Source: a virus | Length of the DNA stretch: 64,000 bases | Virus record (IMG/VR): IMGVR_UViG_3300049001_000080 | Coordinates: 1 to 64,000 of that record | Direction: 5' to 3' (one strand) | Part shown: in pieces, positions 27,364-35,193 of the stretch | How positions within the stretch are numbered: the first letter of the stretch is position 1 | Layout of the letters: each line of letters starts with the position of its first letter | Translations under genes and position numbers: made by a program | Notes under the pieces: model-generated | Database searches by the model: none | The model's input: only the letters and a program-made list of their open reading frames with translations | Told to the model about the DNA's origin: nothing

Positions 27364-27614
27364 GCCTCCCCGTCCGGCGCGAACAGGCGGTCCTGGCACG
27401 CCTGGCACGTGCCGGTGATGCCGTACTCGCGTCGGCTGGCGTCGTCCCTGAACGCGCCCGCCGGCAGGGTCTGTCCGCAGCCGATCGGGGGCGAGACGCA
27501 GCGGCCCTCCGCGGTGGCGACGGGCACCTCGGCCCTGGCGTCCCGCATCTCGGCGAGGACCTGGTCCATCGTGGCCACCATCCAGGCCGGCGCCCTAGGC
27601 TCCACGGCGCTCAC
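27360..27614 (-). CDS. Small Zn-binding hypothetical protein
   Basis: CVSPPIGCG...EYGITGTCQACQD. Confidence 0.6.
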   Translation of the reverse strand: MSAVEPRAPAWMVATMDQVLAEMRDARAEVPVATAEGRCVSPPIGCGQTLPAGAFRDDASRREYGITGTCQACQDRLFAPDGEA

Positions 27615-28027
27615 GGCCGACCTGCCAGCACGAGCGCCGTGAGCGCGAGGGACAGCGCGCCAGCGAGGTAGGAGGCCTGCGTGAGCCGGTACTTCCGCAT
27701 CGCCAGGCGCGACATCAGCCGCAGCGCCACCGTGGCGGTCGCGCCAGCCCGGGCTACGGTGTCCTGCGTCTCGTGGTCGTCCCGAGACGCGGCGTAGGCG
27801 ACGAAGCCGAAGTCGCCGCCCAGCCGGGGGTAGAGCACGGCGCCGGCCAGGACGGCTGTTAGCGCCCAGGCGCAGCCCGCTGCCAGCGCGAGGGGGCCGT
27901 GCGCCGTGCCGGCGAGCACCGTCACGGCCACCGTGGAGAAGCCGACCGCCACCTCCGCCTTGTGGTCGGCGCGGCCGTGCTCGGTCAGCACCCGGGCCAG
28001 CTCGCTGGTGACCGTGATCTCGGACAT
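27611..28027 (-). CDS. Pycsar-effector-like (DUF5706) membrane protein
   Basis: RAD.KA, TM-TM, L.PR...G.F, SRLA.RKY then TM. Confidence 0.65.
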   Translation of the reverse strand: MSEITVTSELARVLTEHGRADHKAEVAVGFSTVAVTVLAGTAHGPLALAAGCAWALTAVLAGAVLYPRLGGDFGFVAYAASRDDHETQDTVARAGATATVALRLMSRLAMRKYRLTQASYLAGALSLALTALVLAGRP

Positions 28028-28389
28028 CAGCAGCCACACTCCAGGCTCTCGCGCATCCGGACCGAGTCCGACAGCGAGTGGTCACCCAGCACGGCGGAGG
28101 CTATGCAGGGGGCGCACTGCTGGTCGGCGCCGTAGTGCGCGGTGGCGGACCGGCCGTCGTGGCAGGTCCCGGCGTAGTACTTCTCGCACCCCTGGGACGC
28201 CAGCAGCACGGCGAGCTGGTGGGGAGTGGTCGGCCGCCAGCCGTGCTCTGTCTCCGGCGCGACGCCCTCCCACCCGCACGAGCAGCCGAAGTGCGGACGG
28301 CCGCCAGCGGCGTGGTGGTAGTGCAGGAGCCGGACCAGGTGCTCGGTGTCTTCGTCGCCGGGTGCGGGCGTGGCGGGTTTGTCGTCCAT
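28027..28389 (-). CDS. Cys/His-rich hypothetical protein
   Basis: GAGGAG RBS; CSCG..H..H and C..C..CAPC. Confidence 0.6.
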   Translation of the reverse strand: MDDKPATPAPGDEDTEHLVRLLHYHHAAGGRPHFGCSCGWEGVAPETEHGWRPTTPHQLAVLLASQGCEKYYAGTCHDGRSATAHYGADQQCAPCIASAVLGDHSLSDSVRMRESLECGC

Positions 28390-28458
28390 GTCATCTCCTC
28401 TGGCGGGGTGCTACTCGCCGCCCCAGTCTAGCAGCGAGTGTCAAGGAATCTATAGAGC

Positions 28459-29772
28459 CTAGCTGACGTCGATGACGCGCACGCGGTCCGGCGTGCGGGG
28501 GTTGACGAGCTGCACCTCCTGGCCGGCAGCCTGCGCGTCGACCAGCCGGTTCAGGAGCGCGACGGCCCGGCGGACGACGTCGGTCTGGCTGGCCTCGAAG
28601 GCCGAGGCCAGCTTCGTCAACGACTCGTGGGTGGTCTCGGAGATGTTGATGGTCAGGCGGCGGGTGCCCTGCGGTCGAGCAGGGCTGCTGGCGGTCTTGC
28701 TACTGACTGGCTGGCGGAGGCTGACACGCCCCGTGAAGGCGTCCAGCTCGACCCGGCCGGCGTGACTCAGCTCGTCCAGACGCACGCTGAGATCCTCGCG
28801 GCCGAGCGCGACGTCCCCGTCAGCCGCGCGGCGAGCCAGCCGGAGCACGACCTCGCCGTACAGGTTCTCCAGGGCGACCCAGGTGCCCCCGGCGGTCAGG
28901 TAGCTGGTGAGCACGCCGAGGATCGCGTCGTCGAGAGCCTCGGGGGAGGGCTTCCCGCCGGGGTACTCGGGCGGCACGAGACGCACCGAGTGCTCGCTGT
29001 CGCCGTGCTGGATGGCGCCGGAGCCGACCAGCACGGCGAGGCGCGCGTAGACGGACGACACGCGGCTACCCAGCCCGTGCAGCTCGTCGAGGACCTCCTC
29101 GACGACCACAGCCGTGCCACGCCAGGTTGGCCCGGCGGCCTCACGGCGTCGCCCGAGGACCTCCAACAGCTTCGCGTCGATCTGCTGGGCCGTGCTGGCG
29201 GCCTCGGGCCTCGGGGACACCCGCTGACGGGCGCGCTCCGCCTGGTCCGTCAGCTGGCGCATCTTGGCGAGGGCGGCGGACGGCTCGGCCTCCTGCGCCG
29301 GGGGGTCGACCATCTTGTAGCCGCCGCCGTGTGGGAGGTCCTTGTCGTAGACGATCCGCCCGGCCGAACCGCGGCGCAGGAGGCCGATCAGCACGTCCTC
29401 GTCGATCTGATCGAAGTCGACGTAGTCCTCGCCACCGTGCTCAGCCAGCCACGCGAACGCGCCGGTGCGCAGCTCGGGGAGCAGGTCGTACGCGGTGATG
29501 GCGTCCGCGCCAGCCCTGATCAGCAAGGCCTGCGTCTTGCGCGTCAGGTAGGCGGCCAGGCTCTGGACCCGCTCGACGCGCTCGGCCACGCGGTGGACCT
29601 CGATGAGCACGGCGTTCGGCGTGGCCCGCTTGGCCAGGAGTCCGGCGGCCTGGTGCGCCAGCACCTCGACGGTCTTGCCGTCGTAGGCGGCGTCGCTCAT
29701 GACCATCAGCACGGCGTCGTCGATCTGAGCGACCGTCGGCACGCCTCCGGTGTAGGGCGGGGTAGCGGGCAT
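28459..29772 (-). CDS. Multi-winged-helix protein with C-terminal ribbon-helix-helix
   Basis: Repeats IDDAVL/IDEDVL/IDAKLL/LDDAIL; RLTINIS...SQTDVVRRAV. Confidence 0.6.
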   Translation of the reverse strand: MPATPPYTGGVPTVAQIDDAVLMVMSDAAYDGKTVEVLAHQAAGLLAKRATPNAVLIEVHRVAERVERVQSLAAYLTRKTQALLIRAGADAITAYDLLPELRTGAFAWLAEHGGEDYVDFDQIDEDVLIGLLRRGSAGRIVYDKDLPHGGGYKMVDPPAQEAEPSAALAKMRQLTDQAERARQRVSPRPEAASTAQQIDAKLLEVLGRRREAAGPTWRGTAVVVEEVLDELHGLGSRVSSVYARLAVLVGSGAIQHGDSEHSVRLVPPEYPGGKPSPEALDDAILGVLTSYLTAGGTWVALENLYGEVVLRLARRAADGDVALGREDLSVRLDELSHAGRVELDAFTGRVSLRQPVSSKTASSPARPQGTRRLTINISETTHESLTKLASAFEASQTDVVRRAVALLNRLVDAQAAGQEVQLVNPRTPDRVRVIDVS

Positions 29773-29829
29773 GGCTCCTCCTCGTACAGATATCGTCTGC
29801 ACGATTACCGCACGATCCGCGCACACTCG

Positions 29830-30345
29830 TCAAGCCCGCGTGCAGGCGGCCAGGAGCAGGCCGGCATAGTGCCAGGCCAGCGCCCACTCAGTGGCCGACC
29901 TAGGCGCCCAGCGCTGGATCTCGCGCACCCACTCGGCCTGGTCCCGGCGACTCAGGGCCTGCACGCGGTACGGCCCGTGCTCCGGCGCCTCCCGCTGGAT
30001 GACCGCGCACACCTCGGCGTCGGTCCGGAGCCCGTCGACGTCCAGGCAGCCTGCGGGGGTGACGACGACCGCGTGCACCCAGTCGACCGCCTCCTCGGAG
30101 CGGTACAGCACGCCGTCCCGCCCGCGGACCATCCGCCCCATCGGGACCGAGCTGCACACCAGCCCGACGGGGTGACTGGAGCGCTCGGACAGCGCCAGCG
30201 CTAGGGCGGCGCACTGGCCGTGCCGGTAGAGCGCGAGCACCTCGTCGTCGATCAGCTCGGGCGACACACGGAGCTGGCCGTCCGGGTCGCGTACGTCGGC
30301 GAAGGCGTCGACCTCGGGCCGGACTGGCGGGATCGCCTCGGTCAT
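29830..30345 (-). CDS. Hypothetical protein (Y..GQC..LA.AL...HAVV...D.DG family)
   Basis: GAGGAGG RBS; Cys-His-Asp pattern. Confidence 0.6.
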   Translation of the reverse strand: MTEAIPPVRPEVDAFADVRDPDGQLRVSPELIDDEVLALYRHGQCAALALALSERSSHPVGLVCSSVPMGRMVRGRDGVLYRSEEAVDWVHAVVVTPAGCLDVDGLRTDAEVCAVIQREAPEHGPYRVQALSRRDQAEWVREIQRWAPRSATEWALAWHYAGLLLAACTRA

Positions 30346-30360
30346 CGTGATCCTCCTCGG

Positions 30361-31311
30361 TCAGGCGCTCCAGCTCGCGACGGCGCCGCAGCCGACGGGT
30401 GTGCGGGCTGCCTCCTCGACGATCTCGGCGATGCTCAGGTCCTGACGGAAGGTGTGCCCGACGGTCTGCTCGACGGCGAGGTACTCCTGGGCCAGCTCGG
30501 GGTTGAGCTGGGCAGCTCGCACGAGGGCCGGCTTCGATGACAACACGCAAAAGCAGCAGCTCAGGCGAGGCATGCCGGCGGCGTACGCGGGGTGCACCTC
30601 CAGCTCGCGCGAGCGCAGCCGGTCCCAGACCTGCGCGTCGGTCCAGTCGTGGATCGGCAGCCAGCGGGTGACCTCGCGCTTGCTGTTGCTGGCCGAGTCC
30701 AGGCTCAGCGCCGACTTCTTGGCCCGAGCCGGCGACTCGGCCGCCCGGATGCCGAGGCAGTTGAGGATGCGCACCGGGCGGTCCAGGGCCAGTTCGGCCA
30801 CCAACCGGGTGAGCAGCTTCTTGACCTGGGAGGTCTTCTGGTCGCTGGTGCAGTACCGCGCGGTACTACTCGGCCAGGCAGGCGTGTTGCGCTTCCGAGC
30901 CGCCTGATCCAGCAGACGGTCGTGCTCGGCCCGCTGCCGCTGCGCGGCATCGAGGCTCACGTCGACAGCCGGGACCAAACAGTCCGCCTCGGCCACGTAC
31001 GCAGCGGCTTCGGCGTCCAAGGTGACCCGACGCTGCACGATCTGGTCGAGCAGGTCGCCCTGCGGCCGGCGCACGACCTCGAACCGAATCGGTCCGCCGG
31101 TGGCGTCGTAGCGACGGACCTGCCGCTCGGCCAGCTCGCGGGTGCCCTCCCACTCAACTCGGCCTAGGTCGGCGTGCACGGCGACGATCCGGGACCGCTC
31201 CACCCCCGCGGCGTCGCACCGCTCGACCAGCCAGTCCAGCATCGCCAGAGAGTCCTTGCCGGCGCTGGTGTTGATCAGGACGTAGTCGTAGCTGGTCAGG
31301 TCGACGGTCAT
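30361..31311 (-). CDS. PAPS-reductase-family (PP-loop) protein
   Basis: SAGKDS, RYCTSDQK, GIRAAESPAR, PIHDWT, HPAY, RLSCCFC. Confidence 0.9.
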   Translation of the reverse strand: MTVDLTSYDYVLINTSAGKDSLAMLDWLVERCDAAGVERSRIVAVHADLGRVEWEGTRELAERQVRRYDATGGPIRFEVVRRPQGDLLDQIVQRRVTLDAEAAAYVAEADCLVPAVDVSLDAAQRQRAEHDRLLDQAARKRNTPAWPSSTARYCTSDQKTSQVKKLLTRLVAELALDRPVRILNCLGIRAAESPARAKKSALSLDSASNSKREVTRWLPIHDWTDAQVWDRLRSRELEVHPAYAAGMPRLSCCFCVLSSKPALVRAAQLNPELAQEYLAVEQTVGHTFRQDLSIAEIVEEAARTPVGCGAVASWSA

Positions 31312-31361
31312 CGCTCGCGGCTCCTGTCTGGCGGTAAGAGATATCTTACAGCAAGGGTCGG

Positions 31362-32537
31362 TCATCTGGCTAGCTGCGGGCGAGCCAGCTCGACTAGGAC
31401 CTGCTGGCTGAGCAGCGCCAGCTCCACGATGACCTCGTCCACGCGGGCAGGTGGCGCGGCGACCTGGGTGGGCACGGCCTCGCGGGGCGCCTCCTGGGCC
31501 CAGCACTCGGCCAGCAGCGCGGCCATCTGCTCGGCGTTGGCCTTGCGGGCCGCCTGCATGCGCTCGAACCACTCGTGGAGCTGCCGCCGGCCGCGGGACG
31601 GGTCGTGCTCCGCCGCCCAGGCCAGGAAGCCCCTGCGCTCGAACTTGAGCCGGGGGTCCCGGAAGTCCCTGACCTCGCGGGCGACGCGGCGCTCGCGGTC
31701 CTGAGCACGGTCCCGGCCGGCGACGAGGGACGGCTCCAGGATCTGCCCCATCAGCCGCAGGACGCCCCTGCCACGAACGGCCAGGCCGGCGCGCTCCATC
31801 CGCTCGGCCAGCCGGCGGGCGGTGGCCTCCGACACGCACAGCAGCTCGCGGACCACCGAGAGCGGGACGTCCAGGAAGTCGTCGTCGGGCAGCTCGCCGA
31901 GGTGGCCGGCCAGGGCCAGGGCCGCCAGCGCCCACCCGTCGGTCCCCACGCACCTCAGGTCGTCGCGCCTGCCCTGGGGCTCCGACCAGACGTCCAGCGA
32001 GGGGTCCAGCACCTGCAAGTCCTCACCGCTCAGAGGTGCCCCAGTAGCATCTTCGCCCCGCTTTTCGCAAGCTTGACCAGGGAGTTCTCTCGCCTCCCCG
32101 CCCTGACAAGTGCTAGAACCCCTACTAGTTAAGATCATCTTGTTAGGCCTAGGAGAGGTACTAGAGGGGGAGATGATCTTCGTCGAGCGGCTGAGAACGT
32201 AAGAGCTACTAGAGGTAGTAGATGTTCTACTGGGGCACCTCTGAGCGGTCGTCGTTATAGACCACTTTGTGAGCCTTGGATCGTCGACGTCGACGCCCTG
32301 GGTGCCCTGCTGGTCGCAGCTCAGCAGGCCTGTGACCTCGCCCGTGGTCCACGGGGCCCAGCGCTGGACGGTGCGCTCGTGCAGGCCGCTGGCCACGGCC
32401 AGGTCGCGCTTGCCCTGGAGGGTGGGGTCGAGGGCGACCGCGGCGGCGATCCTGGCCTGGACGCGCTGCTCCGAGTTCGAGCCAGCGGAGAGGGTCGCGA
32501 TTATGGACCCGAGGGGTGCGCCTACGTTATCCTGCAT
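31362..32537 (-). CDS. Putative replication initiator-like HTH protein
   Basis: N-terminal HTH (RDLAVASGLHERTVQR), Ser/Thr linker encoded by an IR cassette, second wHTH (ELLCVSEATARRLAERMERAGL). Confidence 0.5.
   Translation of the reverse strand: MQDNVGAPLGSIIATLSAGSNSEQRVQARIAAAVALDPTLQGKRDLAVASGLHERTVQRWAPWTTGEVTGLLSCDQQGTQGVDVDDPRLTKWSITTTAQRCPSRTSTTSSSSYVLSRSTKIISPSSTSPRPNKMILTSRGSSTCQGGEARELPGQACEKRGEDATGAPLSGEDLQVLDPSLDVWSEPQGRRDDLRCVGTDGWALAALALAGHLGELPDDDFLDVPLSVVRELLCVSEATARRLAERMERAGLAVRGRGVLRLMGQILEPSLVAGRDRAQDRERRVAREVRDFRDPRLKFERRGFLAWAAEHDPSRGRRQLHEWFERMQAARKANAEQMAALLAECWAQEAPREAVPTQVAAPPARVDEVIVELALLSQQVLVELARPQLAR
32025..32249. repeat. 225-bp cassette with 23-bp perfect terminal IRs, an inner 10-bp IR and TACTAG repeats (candidate ori)
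   Basis: accgctcagaggtgccccagtag 32025-47 / reverse complement 32227-49; aagatcatct 32131-40 / agatgatctt 32171-80. Confidence 0.85.
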
Positions 32538-32560
32538 GCAGCAGATCGCCTTCTGCTCAC

Positions 32561-32591
32561 GGCCTCGGGGTGTTCTCGCACCCGCGGGGCC
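32561..32591. promoter_or_regulatory. Leader hairpin upstream of the Rep-like gene
   Basis: ggcctcggggtg...cacccgcggggcc imperfect stem. Confidence 0.4.
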
Positions 32592-32670
32592 TTCATCTTG
32601 CCTGGCGGACGTCAGGCTACCCCACGGGTCGCGATCTTCGGAAGGGCCGCGCAGGGATGCTTGACAGGCC

Positions 32671-32952
32671 TCAGCGTCGCGGGGAGTCGATCTCGCGCAC
32701 CGCCGCCGCGCACGGCACGCAGAGGTCCAGCCAGCGGTAGCTGGGCGCGCCTGGCCGCTCGATCTCAGCCACGAACACCACCTCGGCCGCCGCCGGGCAG
32801 CCTAGGCAGGCGTGCTCCCCGGGGCGTCGCTCCACTACGCCGACCACCCAGCGGGTCACCTCGTGGCGCTCCAGCTCGGACAGCAGGGACGGCTCGGCCT
32901 CGATGAGCCGCAGCAGGTCGGTGGCTCGCTCAGGGGTCAGCGGAACGGCCAC
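32671..32952 (-). CDS. Small Zn-ribbon protein
   Basis: CLGC...RWLDLCVPC; GAGGAG RBS. Confidence 0.6.
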   Translation of the reverse strand: MAVPLTPERATDLLRLIEAEPSLLSELERHEVTRWVVGVVERRPGEHACLGCPAAAEVVFVAEIERPGAPSYRWLDLCVPCAAAVREIDSPRR

Positions 32953-33039
32953 TCTCCTCGCCGTCTGTAGCGTCCCGGCCCACGGTATCCGAGCCCGAGG
33001 CGGGCCGGATCTCGTCGCGGGGATAGAAGTATCTGGGCG

Positions 33040-33354
33040 TCAGGCGGCGACGGGCTCGCTGAGGCCGACGACCCAGCCCAGGTCGACGCCGTGCTCGGTG
33101 GCCGGCGGCGGGCCGACGTAGCGGACCTGGACCAGCTCATCGCGGCACCACAGCTCGGCGTACTCGCCGTCGCCCTGGTGGTCGGCGGGGAACGAGGCGG
33201 AGAAGGCGACGGAGGTCGCGCCCACCTGCCGCTCGGCGGGGACGGTGGTGTCGGCCCACCGGACGGACCAGGGGCCGTGGTCGTGCAGGGAGCGCTCAAG
33301 GAGCCGGGCGTCCGCTACGGCCCCGGCTACCAGGGTGTCCAGCGGCGGTGCCAC
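33040..33354 (-). CDS. Hypothetical protein
   Basis: GAGGAGG RBS before GTG. Confidence 0.55.
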   Translation of the reverse strand: MAPPLDTLVAGAVADARLLERSLHDHGPWSVRWADTTVPAERQVGATSVAFSASFPADHQGDGEYAELWCRDELVQVRYVGPPPATEHGVDLGWVVGLSEPVAA

Positions 33355-33440
33355 CGGCCCTCCTCTAAAGGATGCTTGCATCCCGAGGATGGCATACCGC
33401 ACGGAGCGTGTCCAGCTAGTCGGCCTCGTCCGTATAAAGA

Positions 33441-35174
33441 CTAGGCCAAGAGCCCGAACGCCTGGAGGTCGTCGAGCAGCGAGTTGAGGACCTGCATCGT
33501 CGCCTCGTGCGAGGTGCGGAGGTTCTCGTAGGCCACCCGCAGCGAGTTCAGGTCCGCGAGCTTCGCCTGCCCGTCGGCGGCCCCGGTGTAGGCGCTGGAC
33601 TCCGGGTCGCTGGTGTACGCCGGCAGCACCCGCGCCGCGGTCGAGTAGGTCTGGGTGTAGCCGGCCGGCCGGCTGACCGCCGTCGCCCCGAAGAAGCCGA
33701 CCTGCCCGGAGAGGTGCCGCAGGTTGCCGGCCACCGACACGGCCCCGGTGAAGGCCGCGCCGGCCAGGGCGGCCCGCAGCGCCACGTCGGCGCCGGTGGC
33801 CAGCGTGACCCACGCGCCGCCGTCGTACAGCTCCGCCTGGCCGGTGTCGGTGGCGAACCCGACCGAGCCGCCCACGGCCCGCGGCCGGTCCGTGGTCTCC
33901 CACTCCGGCAGCACCAGGGCCAGGCGCGGGGTGCTGATGGACGGCTGGTAGTTCGAGAGCCACCCGTCCACGCCGCCGTAGGTCGGGCCGCCGGGGTGGT
34001 CGGCGTCGATCGAGCCGCCGTGCCAGGAGAAGAAGTTCGTGTGCTCCAGCCACAGGCCGTACTTCGGGTGCAGGTAGTCGGGGCCGGCGCCGTCGTCGCG
34101 GGCCAGCCCGTAGGCGGTCGCGCACCCCATGAACGAGACGTTGTCGATGGGGGCGCTGCTGGTGCCGCGCACCCGGACCGACGCGTAGGTGGGCGTCACG
34201 GACCCGGCCATGCTGCCGAACCCGTCGCGCCGGAACCGGCACCCCACGAACTGGAGCAGGTAGATCGAGCGGGCGGTGCTGGTCCGGTCGATGTCCACGC
34301 CGTGGCCGCTGTTGGCGTCGGTGGTGACGTCGGTGAACGTCGAGGAGCTGAGGTTGCCCTTGATCCTGATCCCCGGCGACCCGACCGCGATGGGCGTGTC
34401 CTGGTCGGTCGTGTTCCAGCCGGAGCGCTCCACCCGCACGGAGGTGAGGTGCACCTCGCCGCTGTCGGTGCCGCTGTCGAACAGCACGCCGCCCAGGGCG
34501 TTGCTGGCGATCAGGGTGCTCGATATCCAGGTGTCCGACCAGCTATGCGGGTCCAGGCAGCTCATCCCCCAGCCGCCGTTGCCGCCGATGAAGCAGTCGC
34601 TCCAGCGCTGCACGAACAGCCGGCCGGTGACCCCGTCGCCGGAGAACCCGACGACCCCGACCCCGCGCATGATCGCGTTCTGCTCGCCGTCCGGGTCGTC
34701 GAACCGCATCCCGACCTTGCCGACGCCGAGGTGCCCGCCGATCAGGGTGACGTCCTGGACCGACCCGGCCGTGTAGGCCGCCGTGAAGCGCAGCATCTCC
34801 GTATGGGTGGTGCCGGTGCGCAGCACCAGGGCGCAGAGCGCGGGGGGCGAGGAGGCGACGTAGCCCCAGTACCGGCCGGCTGGCTCCGACCCGCGGATGT
34901 GGCAGTACGGCGGCGGCTGGTGCCCCCCGTCGGTCAGGTACCGGCCCGGCGGGAGGAAGAGGACCCCGCCGCCGGCCACCGTGATGGCGCTCAGGGCGGC
35001 CTCGATCGCCGCGGTGTCGTCGTTGACGCCGTCGCCGATCGCTCCATACGCGCGCACGTCGAACACCGGGACGTCGACGCGTGCGCCCAGGCGCTGCACC
35101 TCGGCCACGACGGCGTCCATGTCGCCGGCCGGGTCCGGGTCGCCGGGCCGGCGGAACGGGATGCTCAGCGCCAC
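33441..35174 (-). CDS. Tailspike/depolymerase, pectate-lyase-3-like beta-helix
   Basis: FDVRAYGAIGDGVNDDTAAI...GGVLFLPPGRY; beta-helix repeats. Confidence 0.85.
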   Translation of the reverse strand: MALSIPFRRPGDPDPAGDMDAVVAEVQRLGARVDVPVFDVRAYGAIGDGVNDDTAAIEAALSAITVAGGGVLFLPPGRYLTDGGHQPPPYCHIRGSEPAGRYWGYVASSPPALCALVLRTGTTHTEMLRFTAAYTAGSVQDVTLIGGHLGVGKVGMRFDDPDGEQNAIMRGVGVVGFSGDGVTGRLFVQRWSDCFIGGNGGWGMSCLDPHSWSDTWISSTLIASNALGGVLFDSGTDSGEVHLTSVRVERSGWNTTDQDTPIAVGSPGIRIKGNLSSSTFTDVTTDANSGHGVDIDRTSTARSIYLLQFVGCRFRRDGFGSMAGSVTPTYASVRVRGTSSAPIDNVSFMGCATAYGLARDDGAGPDYLHPKYGLWLEHTNFFSWHGGSIDADHPGGPTYGGVDGWLSNYQPSISTPRLALVLPEWETTDRPRAVGGSVGFATDTGQAELYDGGAWVTLATGADVALRAALAGAAFTGAVSVAGNLRHLSGQVGFFGATAVSRPAGYTQTYSTAARVLPAYTSDPESSAYTGAADGQAKLADLNSLRVAYENLRTSHEATMQVLNSLLDDLQAFGLLA

Positions 35175-35193
35175 CTCAGGCCTGCTCTCTGGC

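Noticed and set aside
27611-31311. Complete Pycsar or Dnd defence system
   Set aside because: No cyclase and no DndA/B/D/E partners visible
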